Part shown: positions 7,842-18,243 of the stretch, piece by piece
How positions within the stretch are numbered: the stretch's first letter is position 1
How the letters are laid out: each line of letters begins with the position of its first letter
Assembly: GCA_040081625.1 (NCBI GenBank)
Contig: JBEBGD010000026.1
Location: forward strand, 1 to 56,733
DNA length: 56,733 nucleotides
Direction of reading: 5' to 3'
Source: Chthoniobacteraceae bacterium
Lineage (GTDB): Bacteria > Verrucomicrobiota > Verrucomicrobiia > Chthoniobacterales > Chthoniobacteraceae
Program-made: the position numbers and the translations under genes
The notes under the pieces: generated by a model
What the model saw: the letters and a program-made list of their open reading frames with translations, nothing else
What the model was told of the DNA's origin: nothing
The model's database searches: none

Positions 7842-10829
7842 ATGATCGGTTGGATCATCAAAAAAATCCTCGGCTCCAAGAATCAGCGGCTCATCCGCAG
7901 CCTGCGCCCACTCGCGGCGCAGATCAGTCAAATCGAACAGCAACTCCACTCGCTCAGCGACGACGAACTTCGCGCGAAGACCTTCGCGTGGAAGGACGAG
8001 CTCGCGCAGCTCGACCCGAGCGAGCAACAGCAGCACCTCGATCGCATCCTGCCCGAGGCCTTCGCCGTGGTGAAGAACGCCGCGCGCCGGCTGACGGAGC
8101 GCAAGGCGACCTTCAAAGTCTGCGATCAGGACTACACGTGGGCGATGGTTCACTTCGACGTGCAGCTCGTCGGCGGCATCTGCCTGCACCGCGGCATGAT
8201 CGCGGAGATGGCCACGGGCGAGGGCAAGACGCTCGTCGCGACGCTGCCGCTTTACCTAAACGGGCTCACGGGTCGCGGCTCGCACCTGGTCACCACGAAC
8301 GACTACCTCGCACGACGCGACGGCGAGACGATGGGCCAGCTCTACGGGTTCCTCGGGCTGACGACGGGCATCATCCAGCACGACCAGGAGCCGTCGCTGC
8401 GACGGGCGCAGTATCAGTGCGATGTTACCTACGGGATGAACTCGGAATTCGGCTTCGACTACCTGCGCGACAACGGGATGGCCACAAGCGCGGAGCAGCA
8501 GGTTCAGCGCAAGCACGTCTATGGGATCGTCGATGAAGTCGATTCCATCCTCGTCGATGAAGCGCGCACGCCGCTCATCATCAGCGGGCCGGCGACGGTC
8601 TCGACGCATCAGTTCGACGTTTACAAGCCGCTCGTCGAACAGATCGTGCGCAAGCAGACGATGCTCTGCAACCGGCTCGTCTCCGAGGCCGAGGAGGCGT
8701 GGAAAAAGGACGAGGAGGAGACCTTCGCGAAGAATCTCGTGAAGGTGAAGTGGGCGCAGCCGCGCAACAAAGGCCTGCTGCGCGCGATGGAGGAGCCCGA
8801 GAAGCGCCGGGTCGTCGAGAAGGCGGAGCTGCAGTTCTTTGCCGACCACATGAAGGAGGAGAAGTTCAGGCTTCAGGACGAGCTCTTCTTCACACTCGAC
8901 GAGCGCCAGCACGAGGCCGACCTCACCGAGCAGGGGCGCGCGTTCATGAATCCCGAGGACCCGGACGCCTTCGTGCTGCCGGACCTCATCACGCAGTTCG
9001 CCGAGATCGATCAGTCCGACGCGACCGACGAGGAGAAGGCGAAGGCGAAAGCCGCCGCGCAGGCACACGCGGACCACCAGGGCGAGCGCATCCACAACAT
9101 CTCGCAGCTCCTTCGCGCCTACTGCCTCTACGAAAAGGATGTCCACTACGTCGTCGAGGAGGGGAAGGTCGTGATCGTGGACGAGTTCACCGGCCGCAAG
9201 ATGACCGGGCGGCGCTGGAGTGACGGATTGCACGGCGCGGTCGAGGCGAAGGAAGGCGTGACCATCGATCGCGAGACGCAGACGCTCGCGACGATCACGA
9301 TCCAGAATTACTTCCGGCTCTACGAAAAACTCGCGGGCATGACCGGCACCGCTGAGACCGAGGCGAACGAATTCTGGGACGTGTATAAGCTCACGGTCGC
9401 CGTCATCCCGACGAACCAGCCGTGCATCCGAAAGGACAACAACGACCAGGTCTTCAAGACGCGGCGCGAGAAATACAACGCGGTGATCAAGGAGATCGTC
9501 GAGGCGCACGCGCGCAGCCAGCCGGTGCTCGTGGGCACGGTGTCGGTCGAGGCCAGCGAAGTCGTGGGCCGCATGCTCAAGCGCGAGAAGATCCCGCACG
9601 CGATCCTCAATGCGAAGTATCACATGCAGGAGGCGGAGATCATCATGCGCGCCGGCCAGCCCGGCAGCGTGACGATCTCGACGAACATGGCGGGCCGCGG
9701 CACCGACATCAAACTCGGCCCCGGCGTTCCAGAAGCCGGCGGACTTTACGTCATCGGCACGGAGCGCCACGAGGCGCGCCGCATCGACCGGCAGCTCCGC
9801 GGTCGCTGCGCGCGTCAGGGCGACCCGGGCCTCTCGCGATTCTTCGTGAGCTTCGAGGACGACCTCATGCGCAACTTCGGCGCGGCCGATCGCATGACGC
9901 GCATGATGGAACGCTTCGGCATGGAGGAGGGCGAAGCGCTCGAGCATCCGTGGCTCAATCGCTCGGTCGAGACGGCGCAGAAGCGCGTCGAGCAGCGAAA
10001 CTATTTGATCCGCAAACGGTCGCTCGACTTCGACGACGTGATGAACAAGCAGCGCGGCGTCATCTACGGCTGGCGCAGCGACGCCATCGAGAGCGAGGAT
10101 CCACGCGCGCTCATCTATGAGGTGATCGACGAAGCGATCCCGGACAAGGTCCGCACCTTCATCGAACTCGACGAGCCGAACCCGCAGGGCCTGCTCAACT
10201 GGTGCAACACGACCTTCCCGCTCGGTCTGAGCATGGAAGCGGGCGGCTTCGATACGAAGTCGAGCGAGGACTCCTCGGAGTATCTCGTGCAGAAGATCAA
10301 GCAGAGCTACGAGCTGAAGTGCAAACACGAGGAAGCCGAGGCGATCCGCTACCTCGAGCGGCACATCCTTCTCAACGCGATCGACCGTCTCTGGCAGGAG
10401 CATCTCTACGCGATGGATTCGCTGCGCGAGGCCGTGTATCTGCGCGCTTACGGGCAGAAGGATCCGCTGGTCGAATACAAGAACGAGGCCTACGAGATGT
10501 TCATCGAGCTGATGGTGAGCATCAAAGGCGAGGTGCTGCACAACATGTTCCGTTCGACCTCGAACCTGCTCGCGTTCGAGAACTTTCTCCAGCAGCTCCC
10601 GATGCATCTGTATGCGCCGCAGAGCGACGGCGATCAATCCGGGAACCTGCCGCAGACGATGCCGTCAGCCCGCGGCGGCCGCCGCGCGGCGGAGATCGAA
10701 GGCGAGGAGCCGGAGCCGTCGATCCAGCTCAAGCCGCAGCGTCGCGAGATGCCGAAGGCAAACCGCAACGATCCGTGTCCGTGCGGCAGCGGGAAGAAAT
10801 TCAAGAACTGCTGCAGCCGCGGCGCGTGA
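7842..10829 (+). CDS. secA: Preprotein translocase ATPase SecA
   Basis: AEMATGEGKT, DEVDSILVDEARTPLIISG, TNMAGRGTDI, QLRGRCARQGDPG, C-terminal SEC-C RNDPCPCGSGKKFKNCC. Confidence 0.98.
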   Translation: MIGWIIKKILGSKNQRLIRSLRPLAAQISQIEQQLHSLSDDELRAKTFAWKDELAQLDPSEQQQHLDRILPEAFAVVKNAARRLTERKATFKVCDQDYTWAMVHFDVQLVGGICLHRGMIAEMATGEGKTLVATLPLYLNGLTGRGSHLVTTNDYLARRDGETMGQLYGFLGLTTGIIQHDQEPSLRRAQYQCDVTYGMNSEFGFDYLRDNGMATSAEQQVQRKHVYGIVDEVDSILVDEARTPLIISGPATVSTHQFDVYKPLVEQIVRKQTMLCNRLVSEAEEAWKKDEEETFAKNLVKVKWAQPRNKGLLRAMEEPEKRRVVEKAELQFFADHMKEEKFRLQDELFFTLDERQHEADLTEQGRAFMNPEDPDAFVLPDLITQFAEIDQSDATDEEKAKAKAAAQAHADHQGERIHNISQLLRAYCLYEKDVHYVVEEGKVVIVDEFTGRKMTGRRWSDGLHGAVEAKEGVTIDRETQTLATITIQNYFRLYEKLAGMTGTAETEANEFWDVYKLTVAVIPTNQPCIRKDNNDQVFKTRREKYNAVIKEIVEAHARSQPVLVGTVSVEASEVVGRMLKREKIPHAILNAKYHMQEAEIIMRAGQPGSVTISTNMAGRGTDIKLGPGVPEAGGLYVIGTERHEARRIDRQLRGRCARQGDPGLSRFFVSFEDDLMRNFGAADRMTRMMERFGMEEGEALEHPWLNRSVETAQKRVEQRNYLIRKRSLDFDDVMNKQRGVIYGWRSDAIESEDPRALIYEVIDEAIPDKVRTFIELDEPNPQGLLNWCNTTFPLGLSMEAGGFDTKSSEDSSEYLVQKIKQSYELKCKHEEAEAIRYLERHILLNAIDRLWQEHLYAMDSLREAVYLRAYGQKDPLVEYKNEAYEMFIELMVSIKGEVLHNMFRSTSNLLAFENFLQQLPMHLYAPQSDGDQSGNLPQTMPSARGGRRAAEIEGEEPEPSIQLKPQRREMPKANRNDPCPCGSGKKFKNCCSRGA

Positions 10830-11845
10830 GCGACGACGCGGTTCCTCACCGTCGTCGCCCGCGATACGCCGGCAAACACCCGCGTCGTTTCGAGGACAAA
10901 TACAAGGAACACGATCCCGTGCAGTTTCCCGAGGTCGCGGCCAAAGTGCTCGCGTCCGGCAAGACGCTCGCGGGCACGCACCGGCCGATCATGGTCGCGG
11001 AGATCCTCGACGTGCTCGCGCCCAAGCGCGGTGAGGTGGCCGTCGATTGCACGCTCGGCTACGGCGGGCACGCGCAGGAGATTTTACCGCAATGCGGCCG
11101 TCTCATCGGGCTCGACGTCGATCCGATCGAGTTGCCGAAGACCGAGGCGCGGCTGCGTGCGCTGGGCTTTGGGGCTGATGTCTTCACCGCGCGTCGGAGC
11201 AACTTCGCCGGTTTGCCGAAGGCGCTGGCGGGCGAGGGGATCGCGGGTGTGGACATGATTCTTGCCGATCTCGGTGTGTCCTCGATGCAGTTGGACGACC
11301 CGGTGCGCGGATTTTCCGTGAAGTCGGATGGACCGCTCGACATGCGGATGAATCCGCGCCGCGGGCAACCGGCGAGTGTGCTGCTCAAGACTCTCGAAGC
11401 CGATGAACTCGCTGCGCTGCTCGGCGAGAACGCAGACGAACCGCACGCCGACGTGCTCTCTCGCGCGCTGGCTGGCAGGCGCTTCGCGACGACGATCGAG
11501 ATCGGAAGAGCGGTGCGCGCCGCGCTGCCGCGAGTGCATGACGACGAGTGCGAGGCGTCGGTTCGGCGCGTGTTTCAGGCGCTACGGATCGCGGTGAACG
11601 ACGAGTTCGGCGCGCTCGACATGTTGCTCCGCGATCTCCCGGCGTGCCTCAATCGCGGCGGACGAGTCGCGGTGCTGACGTTTCATTCCGGCGAGGATCG
11701 ACGCGTGAAGAAGTCATTCCTCGCCGGTCTTCGCGACGGCATTTACCGCGATGTCGCGCGCGATGTGATTCGCGCCAGCGCCGACGAACGTCGAGCGAAC
11801 CCGCGCTCGACTTCGGCGAAACTGCGCTGGGCGATCAAAAGCTAG
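10826..11845 (+). CDS. rsmH: 16S rRNA m4C1402 methyltransferase RsmH/MraW-family protein with basic N-terminal extension
   Basis: [59 protein letters not shown] overlap with the secA stop. Confidence 0.9.
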   Translation: MSDDAVPHRRRPRYAGKHPRRFEDKYKEHDPVQFPEVAAKVLASGKTLAGTHRPIMVAEILDVLAPKRGEVAVDCTLGYGGHAQEILPQCGRLIGLDVDPIELPKTEARLRALGFGADVFTARRSNFAGLPKALAGEGIAGVDMILADLGVSSMQLDDPVRGFSVKSDGPLDMRMNPRRGQPASVLLKTLEADELAALLGENADEPHADVLSRALAGRRFATTIEIGRAVRAALPRVHDDECEASVRRVFQALRIAVNDEFGALDMLLRDLPACLNRGGRVAVLTFHSGEDRRVKKSFLAGLRDGIYRDVARDVIRASADERRANPRSTSAKLRWAIKS

Positions 11846-12861
11846 ATCCCCAGTTCGCCCGCGCGGCCCGGCTGGGCGACGCCCAGCTTTTTGTAGGTCG
11901 AGGGAAGCGCGACGCGGCCTTGCGGGGTGCGCTTGAGGTAGCCTTGCATGATGAGATACGGCTCGTTCACGTCCTCGAGCGTGCCGGCGTCTTCGCCGAT
12001 GGCGACGGCGAGACTGCTCAAGCCGACGGGGCCGCCGGCGAATTTGTGGACGAGCGCTTCGAGGATGCGCTTGTCGGTTTCGTCGAGTCCGTCGCGGTCG
12101 ATGTCGCGCATCCCGAGTGCGGCGTCGGCGACATCGCGCGTGATGTTCGAGTCGGCGCGGACCTGCGCGTAGTCGCGTGTCCAGCGCAGGAGGTTGTTCG
12201 CGATGCGCGGCGTGCCGCGGCTGCGCGCGGCGATCTCGAGCGCGCCGGGCGCGTCGATGCTCACGCCGAGCAGTCCGGCGCTGCGCAGGATGATGCACTG
12301 GAGTTCGCCGGCGGTGTAGTAGTCGAGCCGCAGCGGCAGGCCGAAGCGCGAGCGCAGCGGCGCGCTGATCATCCCGGCGCGCGTGGTCGCGCCGATGAGC
12401 GTGAACTTCGGCAGGTTCAGCCGCACGCTGCGCGCGTTTGGTCCCTGGTCGATGATGATGTCGAGTTTGTAGTCCTCCATCGCGGGGTAGAGGTATTCCT
12501 CGATCACGCGGGAGAGCGCGTGGATCTCGTCGATGAAGAGCACGTCGCCGCGCTCGAGCGTGGTGAGCAGGCCCGCGAGATCGCCGGCTTTCTCGATCGT
12601 CGGGCCGCTCGTGTTCTTGATCGCGACGCCCATCGAGTTCGCGACGATGTGCGCGAGCGTGGTCTTGCCGAGGCCCGGCGGGCCGCTGAGGAGGACGTGC
12701 TCGAGCACGTCGCCGCGTTGCTTCGCGGCCTCGACCATGATGTTGAGCTGCTCGCAGACTTTCGACTGGCCGGTGAACTCGCTGAACGCGGGCGGGCGCA
12801 GCGAGATGTCGAACGGCGTATCGGGAGCGTCGGCGAGTTGGCGCGGTGGTTGATCGGACAC
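11842..12861 (-). CDS. ruvB: Holliday junction branch migration helicase RuvB
   Basis: [48 protein letters not shown]. Confidence 0.97.
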   Translation of the reverse strand: MSDQPPRQLADAPDTPFDISLRPPAFSEFTGQSKVCEQLNIMVEAAKQRGDVLEHVLLSGPPGLGKTTLAHIVANSMGVAIKNTSGPTIEKAGDLAGLLTTLERGDVLFIDEIHALSRVIEEYLYPAMEDYKLDIIIDQGPNARSVRLNLPKFTLIGATTRAGMISAPLRSRFGLPLRLDYYTAGELQCIILRSAGLLGVSIDAPGALEIAARSRGTPRIANNLLRWTRDYAQVRADSNITRDVADAALGMRDIDRDGLDETDKRILEALVHKFAGGPVGLSSLAVAIGEDAGTLEDVNEPYLIMQGYLKRTPQGRVALPSTYKKLGVAQPGRAGELGI

Positions 12862-12900
12862 GGCGGGTGTCCTAGCGGATGAATCCCGCGCGCGAAAGCC

Positions 12901-13308
12901 TCAAGGCGCCGCTTCGTCGCGCTCGTCTTCCTCTTCCTCGGCGTTCTGCGCCTGCCGCGCCTGGAGCATCTGCTCGTGCAGGGCCTCGTCCATTCCCTCG
13001 GCGACCAGTTCTTCGCCCACGTGATCGTCGCCATCGACCAGCCGCGCTGTGTGCCGGCCGGGATCGGCGGAGACGAAGTCGTGCTCGCTGACGAGGAGCT
13101 GCATCTCGTGTTCGTCGCTGCCGTTTTCAAAATCGTGGCCGCCGTGCAGCTCGCGCTTGGCCTGGCGCCAATGTTCCTCGGTCGCCTCGGACCAGCCGTC
13201 GATGATGGCGAGTTCGCGCGCTCGCTGGCGGACATCCTCCATTGTTGGCGCACCCATGCCGCGTGCGTGTTGCAGAATCTTCGCTGGGGTGGGGCGAGGT
13301 GATTTCAT
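12901..13308 (-). CDS. Acidic hypothetical protein (DUF2934-like N-terminal helix)
   Basis: EDVRQRARELAIIDG...WRQAKRELHG resembles DUF2934. Confidence 0.6.
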   Translation of the reverse strand: MKSPRPTPAKILQHARGMGAPTMEDVRQRARELAIIDGWSEATEEHWRQAKRELHGGHDFENGSDEHEMQLLVSEHDFVSADPGRHTARLVDGDDHVGEELVAEGMDEALHEQMLQARQAQNAEEEEDERDEAAP

Positions 13309-13427
13309 GGCGCAAGCATTGGCCCCTGCGCGCAGGAGGCAAGCAAGCGTTTTATTGGTGGCGGAAATTTTCGTGATGACAGGCGCACGCCGTCTGCTTT
13401 CGATTCCAACGGACCGATGCAACATCG

Positions 13428-13694
13428 ATGAAACAAATCAAACTGACGGGTCGCGAGCGTTCCGTGCTGCGCTACGTTGACTGGAACTTGGGCACGCCGG
13501 GGGTGGAGCTGCTCGATTGCACGAGGTTGGAGCCCGATGACCTTGTGGACGTGCTCAACGGGCTGATGGAAGTCGGCTACATCGAGATGGCGCCGTATGC
13601 GGAGCGCACGGATGCCGCGAGCTTTCGGGAGAAGGTGTTCGAGGTGAATCCGGGCTACGCGCTCGAGTTGCGCGCGGCGATGAAGCGGCTGTAG
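13428..13694 (+). CDS. Small conserved-looking hypothetical protein
   Basis: 88 aa with protein-like composition, divergent from the previous gene. Confidence 0.65.
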   Translation: MKQIKLTGRERSVLRYVDWNLGTPGVELLDCTRLEPDDLVDVLNGLMEVGYIEMAPYAERTDAASFREKVFEVNPGYALELRAAMKRL

Positions 13695-13763
13695 CTGCGC
13701 TGCTTTGCGGCGCATATTTCGGCTTTCCGCTTTGCTGGAGCAGGCTTACAGACCGCGCCTTCC

Positions 13764-14726
13764 ATGTTCACCCGCGATTCCGCTTCGCCCATCTCAGTCG
13801 TCACCGGCGGCGCCGGCTTCCTCGGTTCCCATCTCACCGATCGCCTGCTTGCCGAGGGACATCGCGTCATCGGCATCGACAACTTCATCACCGGCTCGAC
13901 CGCGAACATCGAGCACCTCGCGGGGAACGATCGCTACCGCTTCATCAAGCACGACGTCTCGAACTTCATCTACCTGCCGGACGACGTGGATTTCATCTTC
14001 CACTTCGCGTCGCCCGCTTCGCCGATCGACTACCTCGAGCATCCGATTCCGACGCTGAAGGTCGGCGCGCTCGGCACGCACAACACGCTCGGCCTCGCGA
14101 AGGCGAAAGGCGCGGGCTACCTGCTCGCGAGCACGAGCGAGTGCTACGGCGATCCGCTCGTGCATCCGCAGAAGGAAGACTACTGGGGCAACGTGAATCC
14201 GATCGGACCGCGTGGCGTTTATGACGAGGCGAAGCGTTTCGCCGAGGCGATGACGATGGCCTACCACCGCTTCCACGGCGTGAACACGCACATCGTGCGC
14301 ATCTTCAACACCTATGGTCCGCGGATGCGGCTGCGCGACGGGCGCGTGGTGCCCGCCTTCATCGGCCAGGCGCTCGAAGGCAAGCCGCTCACGATCTTCG
14401 GCGACGGCTCGCAGACGCGTTCGTTCTGCTACTGCTCGGATCTCATCGACGGCATCTTCCGGCTCTCGCGTTCGGATTTCCACGAGCCGGTGAATATCGG
14501 CAACCCGCGCGAGATGACGATCAAGCAATTCGGCGAGCACATCATCCGCATCATCGGCGCGAAGTGCGGGCTGGAGTTCAAGCCGCTGCCCGTCGATGAC
14601 CCGAAGGTGCGCCAGCCGGACATCACGCGTGCGAAGACGATCCTCGGCTGGGAGCCGAAGGTCGATTTCGAGGACGGCATCCGCACGACGATCGATTACT
14701 TCCGCCCGCGCGTCGGGAAATCTTAA
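13764..14726 (+). CDS. UDP-glucuronate decarboxylase (UDP-xylose synthase)-family extended SDR
   Basis: [56 protein letters not shown]. Confidence 0.92.
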   Translation: MFTRDSASPISVVTGGAGFLGSHLTDRLLAEGHRVIGIDNFITGSTANIEHLAGNDRYRFIKHDVSNFIYLPDDVDFIFHFASPASPIDYLEHPIPTLKVGALGTHNTLGLAKAKGAGYLLASTSECYGDPLVHPQKEDYWGNVNPIGPRGVYDEAKRFAEAMTMAYHRFHGVNTHIVRIFNTYGPRMRLRDGRVVPAFIGQALEGKPLTIFGDGSQTRSFCYCSDLIDGIFRLSRSDFHEPVNIGNPREMTIKQFGEHIIRIIGAKCGLEFKPLPVDDPKVRQPDITRAKTILGWEPKVDFEDGIRTTIDYFRPRVGKS

Positions 14727-15442
14727 GGCTTCGGCAGCCAGCCGCCGACGGCTTGCTCGGCGGGGAGCGTGCCGGCGGGTGCGACCCACGCCGCGACTGC
14801 GCGTGCGCCCGCGGCGGTGGGCCGCGGCAGGCGGGCGATGAAGATTCCGTCGCTCAATTCCATTTTCACGCGAGCGGTGCCGAGCACGACGAAGCCGTGC
14901 GTGAGTTCGCGGCCTGAGTTTTCGCCGGACTTGACCGCGCTGCTCTCCGGGCCGGACACGAGGGCGAGCCATGCTTCGCGCGGACGCGTCGGATTCGCGA
15001 GTGGTTGAAAGCGAACGCTGACATGCGTCGCATCGATCCGCGCTTCGAGGATGCCGGCGCGCTCGCCGCTCGCCGCGGGGGCTCCGCTGGCGCGCCATTC
15101 GCGGCCGGCGAGGACGAAGCACGGCGTGTAGATCTGCCCGCTGCCCCACGCACGGCCGTAGGCGCGTTGACGCTCAGTGGCGGCGGGCGTGGCGAAGCGG
15201 TCGCGCCAGCCGATGTAGTCCCAATAGTCCACGTGCCACGCGAGCGGCACGAAGTCGCGCCACAGTCCCGGCGCCTTGTCGAGGTCGCGCAGCCAGCGCT
15301 CGGCGGGCGGGCATGAACTGCAACCTTCGCTGGTGAACAGCTCAAGCAGCGGCGTGCGCGTAGCGGCGGTGCGGAAGACCACCTCATCCGCGGCGGCGGC
15401 GACGGTGAGCGTGAGGCTGAGGAGGCAGACGAGTGTTCGCAT
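14723..15442 (-). CDS. Secreted DUF1223 thioredoxin-like protein
   Basis: Signal peptide; [35 protein letters not shown]. Confidence 0.9.
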   Translation of the reverse strand: MRTLVCLLSLTLTVAAAADEVVFRTAATRTPLLELFTSEGCSSCPPAERWLRDLDKAPGLWRDFVPLAWHVDYWDYIGWRDRFATPAATERQRAYGRAWGSGQIYTPCFVLAGREWRASGAPAASGERAGILEARIDATHVSVRFQPLANPTRPREAWLALVSGPESSAVKSGENSGRELTHGFVVLGTARVKMELSDGIFIARLPRPTAAGARAVAAWVAPAGTLPAEQAVGGWLPKP

Positions 15443-15768
15443 GAGGCTCGCAGTATGGCCCCGGCGGGACTGCGGCGAAAGTCCGCTTGCCGCTGTGCGC
15501 TGGCGCGCGTTCTTCATCATGGACTGGACCTTCGGGCGCATCCTCGCGGTGCATCTGCATCCGAGCGGCGCCAGCTACACGGCGAAGAACCCGATGCCCT
15601 CGCCGTATCACCTCACCGGCCCGGCGACGAGCGACGACGTGGAGGAGTTCGTGCGCGGCAAGGGGCTGCCGGTGACCGACCTCGAGTTCGGTTAGGACGG
15701 CGCGATGTATTTCACCATCGGCGGGCGGGGGACGCAGGCGGGGCTGTATCGGGTGAGCACGGTGGGAG

Positions 15769-15916
15769 GTTCGACGTTGGATGTTGGACGTTCGACGTTC
15801 GATGTTCAGCCCCGCGCAGCGGCCGTGGCTGTGGGAGGACGCAACGCGCCGTCCGAAGCCAGGGTGCCTGCGGCGCCGAACATCGAACATCCAACATCGA
15901 ACACTGAACATCGAAC
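15769..15916. repeat. Inverted pair of heptamer tandem arrays (GTTSGAY x5-6 / GAACATC x5-6) inside the haem-protein frame
   Basis: Left arm 15769-15807, right arm 15878-15916, mutually complementary. Confidence 0.85.
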
Positions 15917-16308
15917 GGAGGCGCTCGGGAGCGCGGATCGGTTCGTGGCGTTTGTGGCGCGCGCGGAGTTGGAAAGCAGGCCGGTGGCTGAATGGCGCGA
16001 GCGCGCTCTTTCCGAGACGAACCCACGCGCCGCCCTCACCGCCCTCCTCGCCCTCGCCCGCGTCGGCACGAAGGACGACCTCGAGCTGATCCTCAAGGCG
16101 CTCGCTCGGTTCCCGCTCGATTCACTCTCCGACGAGCTGAAGCTCGACAAGCTGCGCGTCATCGAAGTCGCCCTCGCGCGGCAGGGTAGGCCCGGCACCG
16201 ATGCGCTGCGCACGCTCGGCGACGAGCTCTCGCGGCAATACCCGGCGAAGACGTTCGCCTTGAACCGCGAGTTGTGCGCGCTTCTCGTGTGGCTCACGCG
16301 CGACGACT

Positions 16309-16386
16309 CAAGGAGTGGGGACGCCCCCGTCCCCTCGCTCGACGCGCAAACCGCGAACCTCGGGGCGGGGGCGCCCCGGCTCCTTG
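16309..16386. repeat. In-frame REP-like double-hairpin element (CAAGGAG...CTCCTTG)
   Basis: 7-bp terminal IR; hairpins GGGGACG/CGTCCCC and CGGGGCG/CGCCCCG; 78 bp. Confidence 0.7.
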
Positions 16387-17220
16387 TCCTCGACAAGACC
16401 CTCGCCCTCATCGACGCCTCCACCGAGCCCGCCGAGCAGGTCTGGTTCGCGCTCTGCCTGCGCGAGGCGAGCGGGTGGACGCCGCTGCAGCGCGAGCATT
16501 ACTTCGCGTGGTTTGCGAAGGCGCGCACGTATCGCGGCGGGAATTCCTTCGGGAAGTTCATCCTCCGCATCCGCGACCAGGCGCTCGAGAAGGTGCCCGC
16601 GGCGGAGCGGTCCGCGCTGCTCGCGCTGTCGGAAAGGGACATCGCCGTCGCCAAGCCCGCGGCCCCGATGCCGGTGCGACCCTTTGTGAAAGCGTGGACG
16701 CTCGCCGACCTCGCACCCGCGCTCGATGGTGTGGCGAAGGGGCGCGACTTCAAGCGCGGCGAGCGGCTCTACGGCGAGACGCTCTGCGCGCAATGCCACC
16801 TCTTCGCGGGCAAGGGCGGCGACGCCAGGACCGGCGCGATCGGCCCGGACCTCACGGCGGTCGGCAGCCGGTTCAGCCGGCGCGACGTGCTCGAGGCGAT
16901 CCTCGATCCGAGCAAGGTCATCAGCGAACAATACGCGAGCTACCTCTTCACCTTCACCGACGGCACCAGCGCGGCTGGGCAGGTGGCGGAGGAGAACCAC
17001 TACCTGCTCACGCTCATCGTCGATCCGCTCACCGGCGCGCGGCAGAACTTCCCGAAGGGCAAGCTCAAGACGCGGGAGATGTCGCCCGCCTCCCTGATGC
17101 CGCCGGGGCTGATCTACTCCCTGTCCCCGGAAGAGGTGCTGGATCTGCTCGCCTACATGGAGAGTGGCGGGAATCCAAAGGCGCCCAATTTCGCGAAGTA
17201 GCTGGCGGTAGGGCGGCGGG

Positions 17221-17512
17221 GGACCGGCCCTCCACGCGCGGGGGACCGGCCCTCCCAGCGCGACGGACCGGCCCTCCCAGCGCGAGGGAGCGGCCCTCCC
17301 AGCGCGTTGGACCGGCCCTCCCTGCGCGGGGGACCGGCCCTCCACGTGCGAGGGACCGGCCCTCCCCGTGCGTGGGACCGGCCCTCCCTGCGCGGGGGAC
17401 CGGCCCTCCCTGCGCGAGGGACCGGCCCTCCACGTGCGAGGGACCGGCCCTCCACGTGCGTGGGACCGGCCCTCCCGGCGCGGGGGACCGGCCCTCCCTG
17501 CGCGAGGGACCG
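17221..17512. repeat. 22-bp tandem repeat, 13 full copies plus a partial copy (GGACCGGCCCTCC-NNGYGCGNN)
   Basis: Units start exactly every 22 bp from 17221 to 17507; intergenic between convergent genes. Confidence 0.97.
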
Positions 17513-17517
17513 CGGCT

Positions 17518-18243
17518 CTACTCCTTCCCCAGTTCCCGCCGTATCCGCAGCGTGTCGGCGAGCATCCGCACACTATCGCGCACCAGCCGCACCTTGCTCT
17601 CGGGGGAGTTGCGCCATTCCACGGGCAGATCGGCCACGCGGAAGCCGAGCCTTTGCGCCAGCAGCAGCACCTCCACATCGAAGGCGAACCCATCGAGCCG
17701 CTGCCTCGCGAAGATCGCCTTGGCCGCGGCGCGCCGGAACGCCTTGAAGCCGCACTGCGTATCGTGGACCCCGGCGAGCGTGAGCCGGCGCAGGATCGCG
17801 TTGAAGGTCTGCCCCATGCGCTGCCGCAGCCACGACTGCCGCACGACGATGTTGCTGCGCGCGTGCTGGCGGTTGCCGAGCAGCACGTCGATCTCTGGGT
17901 GCTCGCGGAAGTGGCGCGTGAACGCCTCCACTTCGCGCAGCGGCACGCTCAGGTCGCAGTCCATGTAATATATATACGTGCCCGTGGCGGCGAGCACGCC
18001 GGTGCGCACGGCGAAGCCCTTGCCGCGCTGCTCGGTGTTCGCGATCACGCGGAGATTCGGCTGGCGGCTGGCGGCCTCGGCGGCTATTTCGCGCGTCCCG
18101 TCCGTGCCCGGCTCCACCACGATCACCACTTCCACCGGCCCCGCAAAAGCCGACGACCAACGCGCCAGCTCCTCGAGCGTGGGAGGCAGCCGGCGCGCTT
18201 CATTGTAGGCTGGGATGACTATGGAGACCGAATCCGGCGGCAT
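17518..18243 (-). CDS. GT2 polyprenyl/dolichyl-phosphate glycosyltransferase
   Basis: SIVIPAYNE, GKGFAVRTG, MDCDLS, DTQCGFKAF, FAFDVE. Confidence 0.92.
   Translation of the reverse strand: MPPDSVSIVIPAYNEARRLPPTLEELARWSSAFAGPVEVVIVVEPGTDGTREIAAEAASRQPNLRVIANTEQRGKGFAVRTGVLAATGTYIYYMDCDLSVPLREVEAFTRHFREHPEIDVLLGNRQHARSNIVVRQSWLRQRMGQTFNAILRRLTLAGVHDTQCGFKAFRRAAAKAIFARQRLDGFAFDVEVLLLAQRLGFRVADLPVEWRNSPESKVRLVRDSVRMLADTLRIRRELGKE

Larger units (their letters stand above)
15498..17201 (+). pseudogene. 5'-truncated PVC-type haem-binding (HEAT-like + CxxCH) protein gene with in-frame TAG at 15693-15695
   Basis: Same frame reads ...FIMDWTFGRILAVHL...LPVTDLEFG*DGAMYFTIGGRGTQAGLYRV...; C-terminal CAQCH, GPDLTAVGSRF, DPSKVISEQY, SLMPPGL; no signal peptide or N-terminal propeller upstream. 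Confidence 0.75.

Noticed and set aside
15693..15695. Pyrrolysine or genome-wide TAG recoding
   Set aside because: TAG ends several intact genes at their expected C-termini, no pyl genes are seen, and the gene is also 5'-truncated
17221..17512. CRISPR array interpretation of the 22-bp repeat
   Set aside because: Variable parts are only 9 nt, share the pattern NNGYGCGNN and recur; no cas genes or AT-rich leader
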